Assembly: GCF_001194135.2 (NCBI RefSeq)
Contig: NC_068982.1
Coordinates: forward strand, 49,761,148 to 49,825,147
Direction: 5' to 3'
Source: Octopus bimaculoides
Taxonomy: Eukaryota
Length of the DNA stretch: 64,000 nucleotides
Every line of letters starts with the position of its first letter. Within the stretch, counting starts at the first letter, position 1. The position numbers and the translations under genes are program-made. The notes beneath the pieces are model-generated. The model saw only the letters and a list, made by a program, of their open reading frames with translations. It ran no database searches and was not told the origin of the DNA. Below, piece after piece: positions 1-11,716 of the stretch.

Positions 1-2
1 TA

Positions 3-300
3 CTAAAATGATTCATGATTGTTGCCATGTGATGCCCTTGTATGACTTTTAAGCCCGGCGAAGCTTTTACACATTTTATTACATACTAGACAACTGTGCT
101 GGCTGGCAGGAGAAACAGGTGCCACCATATGCACTCTCTTAACATGTCTTTTTAGACCTCCAACTGAAAGGCAAACCCTTCCACATTTTACACATGTTCT
201 GTCATGAATTTTAATAGCCACATCATTGTTTATCATGGGTCGATTTCTATGAGAATTTTGATGGCTCACCAGGCCTGCACGACTCAAACACCTCTACCCA
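3..300 (-). mobile_element. Tandem C2H2-type zinc fingers, probably the ORF2 C-terminus of an RTE-X-like non-LTR retrotransposon (decayed, 5'-truncated)
   Basis: The minus frame reads CG*RCLSRAGLVSHQNSH...CVKCGRVCLSVGGLKRHVKRVH...CLVCNKMCKSFAGLKSHTRASH, then stops at 3-5. There are no TGEKP linkers. An in-frame TAG in the first finger argues against an intact host ZNF exon. Clade assignment is inference. Confidence 0.55.
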
Positions 301-342
301 CATATATATATTGGTTGTTTGATTAATATGAAAAAAAAAAAA

Positions 343-635
343 TGTCTGTATAATCACATTTCCTCTTTTAAACTTAAACATAAGGCGAATTGTACGTCAT
401 TATCTAGTAAGATTTGGGAACTGAAGGAAAGCAGAATTGGGTTTAGGCTTAAATGGGAAATAATAAGCAAAGCCATAGCCTTATACAAATAGTAGATATG
501 GGTGGAGCTGTACTCTATGGAAATATATGAAAGTTTTAAGCATAAAGATAAGTGCAACCTAACTAACAATAGATTAGACCTTAGGGTATCATGCATACAT
601 AGTGTCACCCATACTTTTAAATATTTTCGAAAGTA
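343..635 (+). mobile_element. Penelope-like element, C-terminal part of the GIY-YIG endonuclease region (frameshifted)
   Basis: The plus frame (not in the ORF track) reads CLYNHISSFKLKHKANCTSLSSKIWELKESRIGFRLKWEIISKA, shifts to PYTNSRYG, then MEIYESFKHKDKCNLTNNRLDLRVSCIH..FRK*. This matches the H..SF...T.LS..IW.LK...W.I...PY...LN.R.E..SCRH pattern of metazoan Penelope ORFs. Confidence 0.7.
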
Positions 636-779
636 GCACTTTATAGGTCTTGTGCTTGAACTGAATTTTGATGGAAACTTACTTTTAATATATTTAGTTT
701 GGAAATTAAAGTACATTGCACATATAATACAGTAAAAGCTATATAGTATAGTTAGTTAGTGTGCTACACAAAGTTAGTA

Positions 780-1690
780 TACTATCCATATGAATTTTCC
801 TACCTAGTTGGTCAGATTTCATTATGGTTTTAGTAATAAATCTATTTATCATTTTCCTAAACTGTTCCACCCTTCTGATCTCAGTATTTATAAGGGCCTT
901 TATGTAAGTAGCCCTTCCAATTAAGTACCCCTAAGAAACTATATTAACATGTATGGATTAACACTAAAAAATTTTTAAACCTGTATTATACCACTTAGTT
1001 TATAATTAATATATAGTTAGCATGTCCTATATCATCAATATTCCTTTAGTTAATACCAGGTATCAGTCTTTATAGATACAAACTAAATAAGTAAATAAAT
1101 AATTTTTAGCTTAAATATTCGAATAATTATACATTTTTTTTATAAATCTTCTCTATTGATGTTAATAAGGTATATATACTTCATCATGGTTTTAGTGATT
1201 AAGCTATTTTATTCCTTTTCTATGGTGTTCTACCAAACCTGATCATTTTATTATTTTATAACCTTTATGAAATTAAAACTAGTTTTTGTACCCCTAGAAA
1301 TTCATACTTAGCTTATATATATCAGTACCGGTATTTTCACAACTTATAATAAACTGCTTAGATTATAATTTAATTTAACATATAGTTAGCATGTTCTTTC
1401 GCCTCAGTACTTCTTTATTAAATTCCAGTAAATGCCAATGATCAATCTTCATAGATACCATCTACTAAGTTAATATTTAAGTATGAAATATGAATAAATA
1501 TTAAAAAAATATCCCTGTAATTTCTTTTCTCCCTCTATTGTGATAAATTTTGGTATATACTCAAAAGTATTCAAAAATGCTATCCTTTTGGTTATAATAT
1601 TCTTAATAATCTTCTTGATAACCCTAAATTTTAACTTTATACAATATAGCAATATTGTTTAAATCATTCAACTATAGTACCCCAACATAA
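780..1690. repeat. Diverged tandem repeat, period ~360-385 bp, ~2.5 units
   Basis: Recurring blocks: tcattatggttttagt (~819) and tcatcatggttttagt (~1181); gtacccc (~925, ~1288, ~1676); atatagttagcatgt (~1011, ~1380); atagatac (~1072, ~1451); ctctattg (~1151, ~1533). Confidence 0.6.
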
Positions 1691-1863
1691 AATTGCCCCT
1701 GTATTATCATCATTGGTTTACTAGAGTCTCGCTCCTTTAACTGATAACTAGCATCTTGATTTAAGATCTTACTTTACCAAGTACTTCAGACAATATAATA
1801 ATTATTCGTACTTTAAGATTCTTGCAGCATTTTTCATGCTGCAAGACAAATATATGAAAAACC

Positions 1864-2028
1864 AAATGTTGAAACACATCATCAATAGCCATCATTTAGC
1901 AGAATCCATAATAGTGAGACAAATATACAAAAGCTGAAGCAAATATCAAAATATACCATAAACATCCAACAGTATCAATACTGGCAACAGTTCTGATATT
2001 TTTATATTGATGATGTGTTTCAACATTT
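1864..2028. repeat. Small inverted-repeat element with perfect 24-bp arms
   Basis: aaatgttgaaacacatcatcaata (1864-1887) is the exact reverse complement of tattgatgatgtgtttcaacattt (2005-2028). Confidence 0.7.
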
Positions 2029-2747
2029 GCATGGTTTGTTGGTAAGGTGTATCACAGCTGTGTTCAATCCAAGTTTAACTCTTTAGCATTCAGATTACTC
2101 TGAATTGCTTATTTATTCACATATTTTTGAATTAATCATGCATTATCTCATAGCTTTGAAATTTTAACAGGGATGTGAGTTCGAGTCCACAGCTAGTCAC
2201 CTACACTTTTCTCTGCAAAATAGGGATAGTTTATCCTGTTCAGGCTATATTATTAGCATTATTCTGCGATTGAAAATTTAAAATATCACTTCGTTAACTT
2301 TCTAAAAAAGACATCTCAACGTTTCTAAAAGCAAGCTTCGCTTGTTTATTTACGTTTGTTGTAATTTGAATTTAAAATGTGATTATATATTTTTAGAATA
2401 AATTTAGGTGTGAGAGGCTGGATCTGGACGTTCTGATCATAAAACAGGTAGAATATATGGGTGAGATCTCGCCATTTCAAATGCCAAAGGGTTGTTGCTT
2501 TTGTTTAACTCAGGATAATCCTGATCAAATAGATCAATAAACAAAAGCTTTCCCACTTTGACTATCCCATCCACCATTGTTTTTTTTAAGAATGTTTCTT
2601 GGACTACGTTTTCCAAGGTATCCTTCACATTCTTCTGATGACTAGGTGCAATGTAAAGGGATTTTTGGTTGCTATTTCTTACTGGTTGAATAATCATGTA
2701 GAGAGATTCTGTTGTGGACTTTTTATAAATCAGGATTATTACCAAAG

Positions 2748-2794
<47 letters not shown>

Positions 2795-4180
2795 ATGTGC
2801 GTCTGTGTGTGTGTGCGCGTGCGCGTGCAAAAATGCAGAGATAAAACCACATACATACCAGGATAGGGATATGCAGGGAAACAGATATCAGCTGGGGTGT
2901 TTGTCTATTTATGTCATGTTAGTGTGTTATTCAGTGGAACAGTGAAACATTACTCAGTTATTCTTTTAAGCAACTAATTCTCTCCCTCCATAGCTAACAC
3001 GTCTAACACACAAACACATAACCACACAAGTATACATACATAAAGTGTTGGAGAACATAATCACTCAAGCAAAGAGCAATTTATCCTCCTTGCTGGCTGT
3101 TTATGGTGTCATATGTTGGTAAGCATCATGAACACTACAGTTAATTAAAATAGCCTACTATGTATTAACACCTGTTAGGAGAAGAGCACTAATTAGCTTC
3201 CAAAGTGTTCACCATTCTGTTAAAAGACTCCTTCGTTTAGTGAGATGCAATCAGCTAAATGGCCTTCCAATGATAACACTACCAGTAGTCACTGCATATT
3301 TCTAAGAATCTTGATCAATACATTCAGAGAAATAAAGTTCTGTGAATGTATATAGATATATGTTATACTTCCAGTGAAAAACTATAATGGGGCACATGCA
3401 TACCTATATGGATAAAATGTGAACTTCCCAATTGTGTGGCTTCTAGGTTTAGTTCCATTGTGTAGCATCTTGGACAACTACTTCCTACCTTCTAATATAT
3501 CTTTGGGTCCACCAGAGCCTTGTGAGGGGATCTGATGGTTGGAAACAAAGAAGCCTGTCATATATATATAATTATCGTCTTCCATGCTGGCATGGCTTGG
3601 ACAAATATATATATATATATATATATATGAATAATAATAATAAATGGAGCAAAACGCATATAAATAAAAGTTCCTGGTTTATATGCGTTTTGCTCCATTT
3701 ATTATTATTATTCATATCTTCTCAAAATGTATCACTTTAACTTGGTATCTCTACCTGTAAAATGGCTGTGATATCTTGGTTTCTAGTGTAATTTTGCTAC
3801 CTCTGGTAACCATTAACATATTTACATTATCAAATAAGTACCAGACTTAAAAAAGAGAAAAAGGTATTGGAATCATTTTTTTCAACTGAATCCTTCAAGG
3901 GAGGCTGTCAGCATGGTTGCACAGCAGTTCTATTACTGGAATGAGTAAAGCATAAGCGATATGATAATGTGTGTGTTTGTGTGTGTTTTTATCTTGATAT
4001 TAGATGGTAGTAAATAAATGTCATCATACAAATGGACACATGTTCACCTATGCAGAAATAACACCTTGTCTCAAAACAGGTGAGTGTTGGAGACAGTAAG
4101 AGTATCCAGCTGTAGATAATGAATTCTATCTGGCTCATGTTAGCATGGAAACGTGCACCTTAAAACAATGAGGATTTTTA

Positions 4181-5060
4181 TACAGGGTGATTCGTAAGTA
4201 ACTCCCTATTCTAAAATAACTATAATTTATTCAAATGCTGTAATATGATTCTCAATTTTTGTGTGTATGTTACTTAATGTGTGGCAATTAAATCTGTGCT
4301 TTTGTTTTCTTTTCAGATCTGTTATATGAATTTGGTTTTTAATCTTGTTAATTTGTTTGAAATTTCAAAGCCCTACAAAAATGGCTGGACGTCTTACTGT
4401 ACAGGAACGTGCCCAGATAGCTGCACGTTACAAAGTTTAGAGATCCATTGTTCAAGTGCAAAGATGGTGGAGAACCATCAAGGGAAGACATGCTCAAATT
4501 GACCCAAAGATAATCAAGAATTGTCATGCAAAACTCATGACTACAGGATTTGTGACTGATATTCAAAGAAGCGGTCGCCCTTCCAAATTCAGAGACCCTG
4601 AGGTAGTGCAAGTTGTTCAAAAAATGTTTACCCGTAGCCCACAAAAGTTAATTCGACAAGCAGCAAGAGAAAGTGGGTTCTCGTTTCGCTGTGTGCGTAA
4701 TGTGCTTAAAAATGAGCTTAAATGGTGTGCTTGGAATGGCCAGCCAGAAGTCCTGACTTAACACCCTGCGACTTTTTTCTTTGGGGTTGGTTGAAAGAAC
4801 AAGTTTACTCAACCAAACCAAGAAATCTGGAAGAACTTGAAGGGGAATACGTGAAGTTATTAGTTCCATCCCGCAAGCGTTTCTTGTGAAATCAGTTGAT
4901 GCGGTTCATGGTCGACTTGAAAAGCTGGTGGCGAATTATGGTGCCCATATTGAATTTTAAATAAAAGTCCATGTAATATACTTTCTTCTCATATTCATTA
5001 ATTGGAGAAATTATACTTCAAAAATATATTATAGTTATTTTAGAATAGGGAGTTACTTTC
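4181..5060 (+). mobile_element. Internally deleted Tc1/mariner-superfamily transposon (DUF4817-type N-terminus)
   Basis: TA then left TIR CAGGGTGATTCGTAAGTAACTCCCTATTCTAAAATAACTATAAT; the right TIR (ATTATAGTTATTTTAGAATAGGGAGTTACTT) runs into the gap at 5061. The transposase starts at 4381 (MAGRLTVQERAQIAARYKV*RSIVQVQRWW...RSGRPSK...SPQKLIRQAARESG) and jumps straight to WPARSPDLTPCDFFLWGWLKEQVY...GAHIEF* (~4960). Most of the DDE core is missing. Confidence 0.9.
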
Positions 5061-5912
5061 NNNNNNNNNNNNNNNNNNNNNNNNNNNNNNNNNNNNNNNN
5101 NNNNNNNNNNNNNNNNNNNNNNNNNNNNNNNNNNNNNNNNNNNNNNNNNNNNNNNNNNNNNNNNNNNNNNNNNNNNNNNNNNNNNNNNNNNNNNNNNNNN
5201 NNNNNNNNNNNNNNNNNNNNNNNNNNNNNNNNNNNNNNNNNNNNNNNNNNNNNNNNNNNNNNNNNNNNNNNNNNNNNNNNNNNNNNNNNNNNNNNNNNNN
5301 NNNNNNNNNNNNNNNNNNNNNNNNNNNNNNNNNNNNNNNNNNNNNNNNNNNNNNNNNNNNNNNNNNNNNNNNNNNNNNNNNNNNNNNNNNNNNNNNNNNN
5401 NNNNNNNNNNNNNNNNNNNNNNNNNNNNNNNNNNNNNNNNNNNNNNNNNNNNNNNNNNNNNNNNNNNNNNNNNNNNNNNNNNNNNNNNNNNNNNNNNNNN
5501 NNNNNNNNNNNNNNNNNNNNNNNNNNNNNNNNNNNNNNNNNNNNNNNNNNNNNNNNNNNNNNNNNNNNNNNNNNNNNNNNNNNNNNNNNNNNNNNNNNNN
5601 NNNNNNNNNNNNNNNNNNNNNNNNNNNNNNNNNNNNNNNNNNNNNNNNNNNNNNNNNNNNNNNNNNNNNNNNNNNNNNNNNNNNNNNNNNNNNNNNNNNN
5701 NNNNNNNNNNNNNNNNNNNNNNNNNNNNNNNNNNNNNNNNNNNNNNNNNNNNNNNNNNNNNNNNNNNNNNNNNNNNNNNNNNNNNNNNNNNNNNNNNNNN
5801 NNNNNNNNNNNNNNNNNNNNNNNNNNNNNNNNNNNNNNNNNNNNNNNNNNNNNNNNNNNNNNNNNNNNNNNNNNNNNNNNNNNNNNNNNNNNNNNNNNNN
5901 NNNNNNNNNNNN
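5061..5912. other. Assembly gap (N run); smaller gaps near 11401, 14327, 42493-42655, 46462, 48329, 49402, 54725-54801
   Basis: Runs of n in the sequence. Confidence 1.
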
Positions 5913-6142
5913 TAGACATACAGACAGACATATGTAAATAGGATCCGGGGATCCGAATGTAGGAAGTTTATAAGCTTCAACCAGTAGTCATTGGTATAGA
6001 GAAGAAAAACTAGACAGTATGTGACAAGACACAATAACAAGTTTGGCATTGAGAGTTACACACTTTTACCCATTTCAAAGTTGTGAAGAAATTCAATAAA
6101 CTGATAGTTTCTATATAGCTCACAATTAGCAATTAAAGCTGC

Positions 6143-6199
<57 letters not shown>

Positions 6200-7049
6200 A
6201 TGTACAATGCATTTTCCATTTTAAAAATATACTTATCAAATAAATGAATTTATTACCATTATTTCTTTACAATATTTTGAAAACATACTAAGATGAATAT
6301 AAAAGTGCTTCAGGAAAGTTTAAAACTCTCCTGAGAGTTTTACAGAATTTAGCTAAAAAACACTAATCTGGTGTTTTTAAGACTTGCTATTGACAGCTAT
6401 GACCAACAATGCAGTACAGAATAACAGCTCATTAAAATATTCATGGAAGGAAAGCATTTTACATAGATTACATGTGTTGGTGTGATGGCTATTAATATTA
6501 CTTAGTGAATTTCTGGTAAAATGGATAGTCAATTATCAGATTACCTATCTCATTAAATGGAGAATATTTCCCTGAAGGAGTACTGTTTATTAGAAAACAG
6601 GAAAGAAGGAAAACATCCATAAAATTCTTCTATAATTCTCCTGGAGGAAGAACTGAAGAAACTAAGCAAATTAGCAGAGAAGAAAGGCATTTTGAGAAAG
6701 ATATGCACACACAAACATACACAAATGTACAGTATTGTATGTGATACTGTGATTAGGTTTTTCATAAATATTTTGGCTTCTTCATTTAAAGAGATTTGGG
6801 GAGATTTTTCATTTTTGTTTATCATTGAACTGTTTCTTTCTGTTTAATTTTTAGCTTCTATCTTGTAATACATACAGGATATAATTAAGTTTTAATATTT
6901 ATGTTAACAGAGGCAGAAAGTTATAAACAGCTTGGTAAAATATCATATAATATTCAGTTTTACTTTACTACAGATTAATTTCAAATTTGGCTAACAAAGT
7001 GCATTGTTATCATTTGCTTTATGCATGTTTAAATTTTAATCAATAACAA

Positions 7050-7345
7050 AAGGCACCTGTGCTGGTGACACATAAATGGCACCCTTGCTAGTGACTTAAA
7101 CATATCACAAGCACATTTGTTCAGGTGACACATAAAAGGCAACCATGCCAGTGAAACATAGGAGGCACCCATGCTGGTGACACACAGAAAGCACCCAGTA
7201 CACTCTATGAAGTGGTTGGTATCAGGAAGAGCATCAGGTTTCAGAAACCAAGCCAAAACAAACAACTGGAGCCTGGTGCAGCTCTCCAGCTTACCAGCTC
7301 CAGTCAAACCATCTGATGATAAACCAGTCAATCACAATGGAGATG
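7050..7345 (+). mobile_element. RTE-LINE 3' tail fragment
   Basis: Short gcacc...gtgacacataaa repeats, then the conserved tail gtggttggtatcaggaagagcatc...cagtcaaacc seen in many other copies in the window. Confidence 0.65.
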
Positions 7346-7470
7346 CAGTATGGTTACAGAAAGTGAGGGAAGAGTGAGTGAGTGAGTGAGTGAGGAACTT
7401 GTTGGGAACTTGTTGTAGCCCAATGTTAGGATTCTTTTCTTTTCCAACAGTCTAATCTGTTGAGTGTATA

Positions 7471-7472
<2 letters not shown>

Positions 7473-7562
<90 letters not shown>
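7473..7562. repeat. (AAT)n microsatellite, ~30 units
   Basis: Direct read. Many other (CA)n, (TA)n, (GAT)n, (TACA)n and (GA)n tracts occur throughout the window. Confidence 0.95.
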
Positions 7563-8749
7563 CAGCAGCAGCAACAGCATTTTAACATCCACTTTGCTTC
7601 CTTGCATGGTCTGGATGGAGTTTAAATATGTTCTTGTACATTATTGGAAATGAATCACACATTGTATGACAGTGCCAATCAATTTACAACTACGATGTGA
7701 ATTCAAGACAAGTAGGTGCAAACATAAATACACATATATCTATGTATGTATATATACATATATATATTTACAAGTACACACACACACACACACACACGTA
7801 CAATGAGCTTTTAGTTTCCATCTACCAAATCCACTGAAAAAGCTTTGCTTAGTTCAGAGCTGTAGCAAAAAGGCATTTGTCCATGGTACTACACAGTGGA
7901 ACTGAACGCAGAACCATGTGGTTGGGAAGTAAACTTCTAACTGCACAGCCACCTAAATAAATTTAAATTAAATTTGACGTTAAAATAAAGAAAAAAGCAG
8001 AAATGCATCCAAATTTATTTAATGTTCTAGTAGAATAAGCAAGCTGCAGCACCTTAATTTCATTTGCATAAATGGAATGATAACAAAATTAGACTATTTT
8101 AATCCTCTTCTCATGTGTTTTAGTTGTAAATATATTAATTCCATCAAGCAAAATAATTAAAACAAATTCATGCAAATCATATATTCTTAATTGCTTATTA
8201 TTCTTGTCAACCTGTCATGTCTAAAGTTCAATTTAAATGAAAATTTGAATAGGCAATGTATTCAATGTATTCAAAATGTATGAAAATTTGTCCTCATCAA
8301 ACATGGTTTGAATAATTTTAAAATTTGAAAATGAAAGATACTTTCCATGCAAAATTTAATGCAGAAATGTATACACTTATGGCAGCCTGTTTCCCAATAA
8401 CAGAATTATTCCAGACACATACTGACATACATTCCAAAGAATTATAACAGCAAAATGAATCCTAATTTGTTTAATATGAACAGATATGCAAATAAACGTG
8501 CAAAGTTTGTATGTGTGGCTATGTGTCCATATGTCTAAATTTGTTTTTTAACTTGCAAAATTAATTATACATTCAAATATATTACAAACCATAAAGCTAA
8601 CAGTAGCTAAATAAATGACATTAGTTAAGTAGAACTCAAATGTATAACAGACAATAAATTCCAATGCATAAATTGGTTATGGTATTCTCTGGCTGAAGTT
8701 AAATGTAATGGTAAGTTTTGATAAAATCTACATATATAAAAAGTACAGA

Positions 8750-8896
8750 CAGGTGTAGCCACTTAGTAAGAAGCTTGCTTCTGGAAAAAATCTTAGTATG
8801 GCACCTTGGGCAAGTTTCTTCTACTATAACTCTGAGCCAACAAAGGCCTTGTGAGTGGATTTGGCAGACAGAAACTGAAAGTTGTCCATCACACAA

Positions 8897-8927
<31 letters not shown>

Positions 8928-9150
8928 AGCACATATCTATGTGTGCATCTTAGTGTTTGTCTCCCCCATCTACTTGAGAAATGATGTTGGTTTGTTCACA
9001 TCCCTGTAATCAAGCAGTTTGGTAAAAATAGACCGACAGAATAAGTATCAGGAATGAAAAAAAAGAGTACTAGGGGGTGGTCAATCTTATCACTAAACCT
9101 TTCAAGGTGGTGCCTTCATATGGCCGCAGTCAAATGACTGAAGTAAGTAA
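8750..9150 (+). mobile_element. Bipartite SINE with central microsatellite (representative of the most abundant family)
   Basis: Head gtagccacttagtaagaagcttgcttc...ggcaccttgggcaagt...gagtggatttggcagacagaaactgaaa, then (CA)n, then tail gtgtttgtctccccc...gaataagta...gcagtcaaatgactgaagtaagtaaaag. Related copies lie near 7800(-), 10855(-), 13200(-), 13640(+), 21530(-), 22180(+), 26555(+), 32730(-), 34900(-), 35570(+), 37000(-), 47300(-), 48340(-), 51390(+) and 55540(+). Confidence 0.75.
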
Positions 9151-9289
9151 AAGTGTGTGTGTTTGTTTGTTTGTTTGTTCGGGGTTGCAGGCCATGGTTT
9201 TGCGCCACCTATGAAGTTGAGAATCTGTTTAGGGGAGCATCATTTCAACAAGCTCAAAGACAATTTGATTTTGTTGCCATACCTTCAAG

Positions 9290-9550
9290 AAAGCACCTGT
9301 GTCACATAAAGTCACATAAAAAGCACCTGTGCTGGAGTCACATACAAGGCACTTATGGCAGCACCATGTAAAGGCACCCAGAACACTGTAAAGTGGATGG
9401 CGTTGGGAAGAGCATCTTGCCATGGAAAACTTGTCAAAATAGACAACTGGGACCTGGAGCAGCCCTCTGGATTGCCAGTTCCAGTCAAACCATCAAACTC
9501 AAGCCAGCATAGAAAATGGACGTTGAATGAAGACGATGATGACAACGATA

Positions 9551-9589
<39 letters not shown>

Positions 9590-9590
9590 T
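9290..9590 (+). mobile_element. RTE-LINE 3' tail ending in (GAT)n
   Basis: aaggcacccagaacactgtaaagtggatggcgttgggaagagcatc...ccagcatagaaaatggacgttgaatgaagacgatgat...(gat)n. Confidence 0.7.
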
Positions 9591-9895
9591 GTGTGTGTGT
9601 AAGTGTATGTGTGTGCATATATCTATGTATATTTTCATCCCACACCACCACTTGGCAACTGTTGATAGTCTTAGAAGTTTGACAAAAGAGACTGATAGAA
9701 TAAGTACTGGGCTTAAAAATAAACAATGGGGTCAGTTTGTTCGATTAAACCCTTAGAGCAGTGACCCCGCAAGGTTGCAGTCAAATGACCACAACACAAA
9801 ATATAAAAGATAGATGTGTATATCAATGTATATTGTATGTATGTACGTATATATGTATGCAGGTAGGTAAATAGGTAGGTAGGTAAGTGGGTAGA

Positions 9896-10275
9896 TCATC
9901 ATCATCATCATCATTTAACCATCATGTCCATGCTGGCATGGGTTTGATGGTTTAACCAGGGCTGGTAAGCTGGAAGGCTGTACCAGACTCCAGTTTAATT
10001 TGGCATGGTTTTCTATAGCTGGATGTCCTTCCTAACACCAACCACTCCAAGAGTCTAATGGGTGCTTTTATGTGCCACCAGCATGGGAGCCATTTGCATA
10101 ACAACAGTATCTGAGATGACTGCAATTTTGCTCACCTTGATGGGTCCTCTTCTCAAGCATGACATAATGCCAAAGGTCTCAATCATTGCCTCTGCAAGGC
10201 CCAACACTTTAAAGGTGCTCAGCCACTTTGCTTCCGTAAGGCCCAACACTCGAAAGGAACTTGACCAGACAGATA
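9896..10275 (-). mobile_element. RTE-LINE 3' end (ORF2 terminus plus tail)
   Basis: The minus frame reads FRVLGLTEAKWLSTFKVLGLAEAMIETFG, similar to the RTE ORF2 end DLRTLGLTEAM. The plus strand shows the reverse-complement tail (atc)n-tttaacc...catgctggcatggg. Confidence 0.7.
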
Positions 10276-11096
10276 GATAAATGAAAAGTTTGAGAGACAA
10301 ATACTTATGTAGGTAAATAAAATTTATACTAAAGTACTTCAACGTTACTGCGAATGATTCTAAACAGACATTTATGTAATCTTTCTAAATATTAACTAAT
10401 TAACTAATAACAGAAAAATATTGTTTTAGAAACTAGCATAATTTCAGGCAAAGTGTTTTGACAATAATGAAGATCAACAATAGATTAATTAAAGTGTAAC
10501 AGAGAAGAGTTTCTGGGGGTGAAATCCACATGACACTTAAGAGAATTTAATGAATTATGAAGTTTGTTAATGTTGTATCTTGCTGAAAGGAACAACTCTT
10601 AATAAGAAGAAATGAATCAAGTAGGAGTACACAAAACTTTATAAGCAACACAGAAATTTATAAAAGTGAGTGAAGAAGCTCTCTCAACAAGAACACATTT
10701 TTGCTTTTTAGGGCATATGCTTGGAATAGTCCATTGTTTGGGTTAACTCATATTTTTATATTATTTTTGACTTTTAGAGCAACAGTAGCAAGGAAAGTTC
10801 AATGGAAAGTTTGAGAGACAGACAGTTCAAATTCATATGACAAGACCAACATCTTACTTGTTTCAGTCATTTGACTGCAGCCATGCTGGGGCACCACCTT
10901 GAACCTTTGCTTTTTAGTCGAATGAAATGGCCCCAATACTTATTTATTTATTTTTTAAAGCCTGGTACTTATTCTATCAGCCTCTTTGCCAAAACTCTAA
11001 GTTACAGAGATGTAAACACACCAACACTAGTTGTCAAGCAGCAGTGGGGCACACACACACATATATATATTAACAATATATATATATTGCCACACC

Positions 11097-11716
11097 CTAA
11101 CAGTTGAGGGAACCCATGGAAGAGGTAGGCCCAGGAAGACCTGGGCTGAGGTGGTGAGGCAAGACCTTCGTACATTGGGCCTCACCGAGGCGATGACTAC
11201 TGACCGAGACCTTTGGAAATGTGCTGTGCGTGAGAAGACCCGGCAAGCCAAGTAAGATCGTTGCCAGTGCCCCTGGACTGGATCTTGTGCGGGTGGCACA
11301 TGAGATGCACCATTTGGAGCGTGGCCGTTGCCAGTACCGCCTGACTGGCTTCCGTAGGATTTTCGAGCGAGATCGTTGCCAGTGCCCCTGGACTGGCTTG
11401 NNNNNNNNNNCGGCAAGCCAAGTAAGATCGTTGCCAGTGCCCCTGGACTGGATCTTGTGCGGGTGGCACATGAGATGCACCATTTGGAGCGTGGCCGTTG
11501 CCAGTATCGCCTGACTGGCCTTCGTGCAGGTGACACGTAAAAGTACCTACTACACTCTCTGAGTGGTTGACGTTAGGAAGGGCATCCAGCTGTAGAAACT
11601 CTGCCAAATTTAGATTGGAGCCTGGTGTTGCCATCCGGTTTCACCAGTCCTCAGTCAAATCGTCCAACCCATGCTAGCATGGAAAGCGGACATTAAACGA
11701 TGATGATGATGATGAT
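11097..11716 (+). mobile_element. RTE-LINE 3' end: ORF2 C-terminus, 3' UTR and (GAT)n tail
   Basis: LTVEGTHGRGRPRKTWAEVVRQDLRTLGLTEAMTTDRDLWKCAVREKTRQAK* (stop 11253-11255) has the G.R.RGRP.KTW and DR..W motifs of RTE ORF2 ends. It is followed by the conserved tail and gatgatgat. Confidence 0.85.

Noticed and set aside
3-287. Possible member of the expanded cephalopod C2H2-ZNF gene family
   Set aside because: It lacks TGEKP-type linkers, has an in-frame stop in the first finger and has no splice acceptor. A LINE C-terminal zinc-finger remnant fits better.
640-1800. Very AT-rich stretch considered as a mitochondrial insertion (NUMT)
   Set aside because: No mitochondrial gene or rRNA motif was recognised, even allowing TGA as Trp; it is better explained by the diverged tandem repeat.
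6530-6740. Plus-strand frame RLPISLNGEYFPEGVLFIRKQ, superficially like the expected next KATNIP exon (VSLDG..PEGFLIRK)
   Set aside because: It is on the wrong strand, has no polypyrimidine acceptor, and the similarity stops before the conserved GPG.CHFDFAQ. Treated as chance unless this contig is inverted.
11241-11520. ~110-bp duplication in the RTE 3' UTR
   Set aside because: It spans a 10-N gap (11401-11410) and is nearly identical, so it is probably a scaffolding or haplotype artefact.
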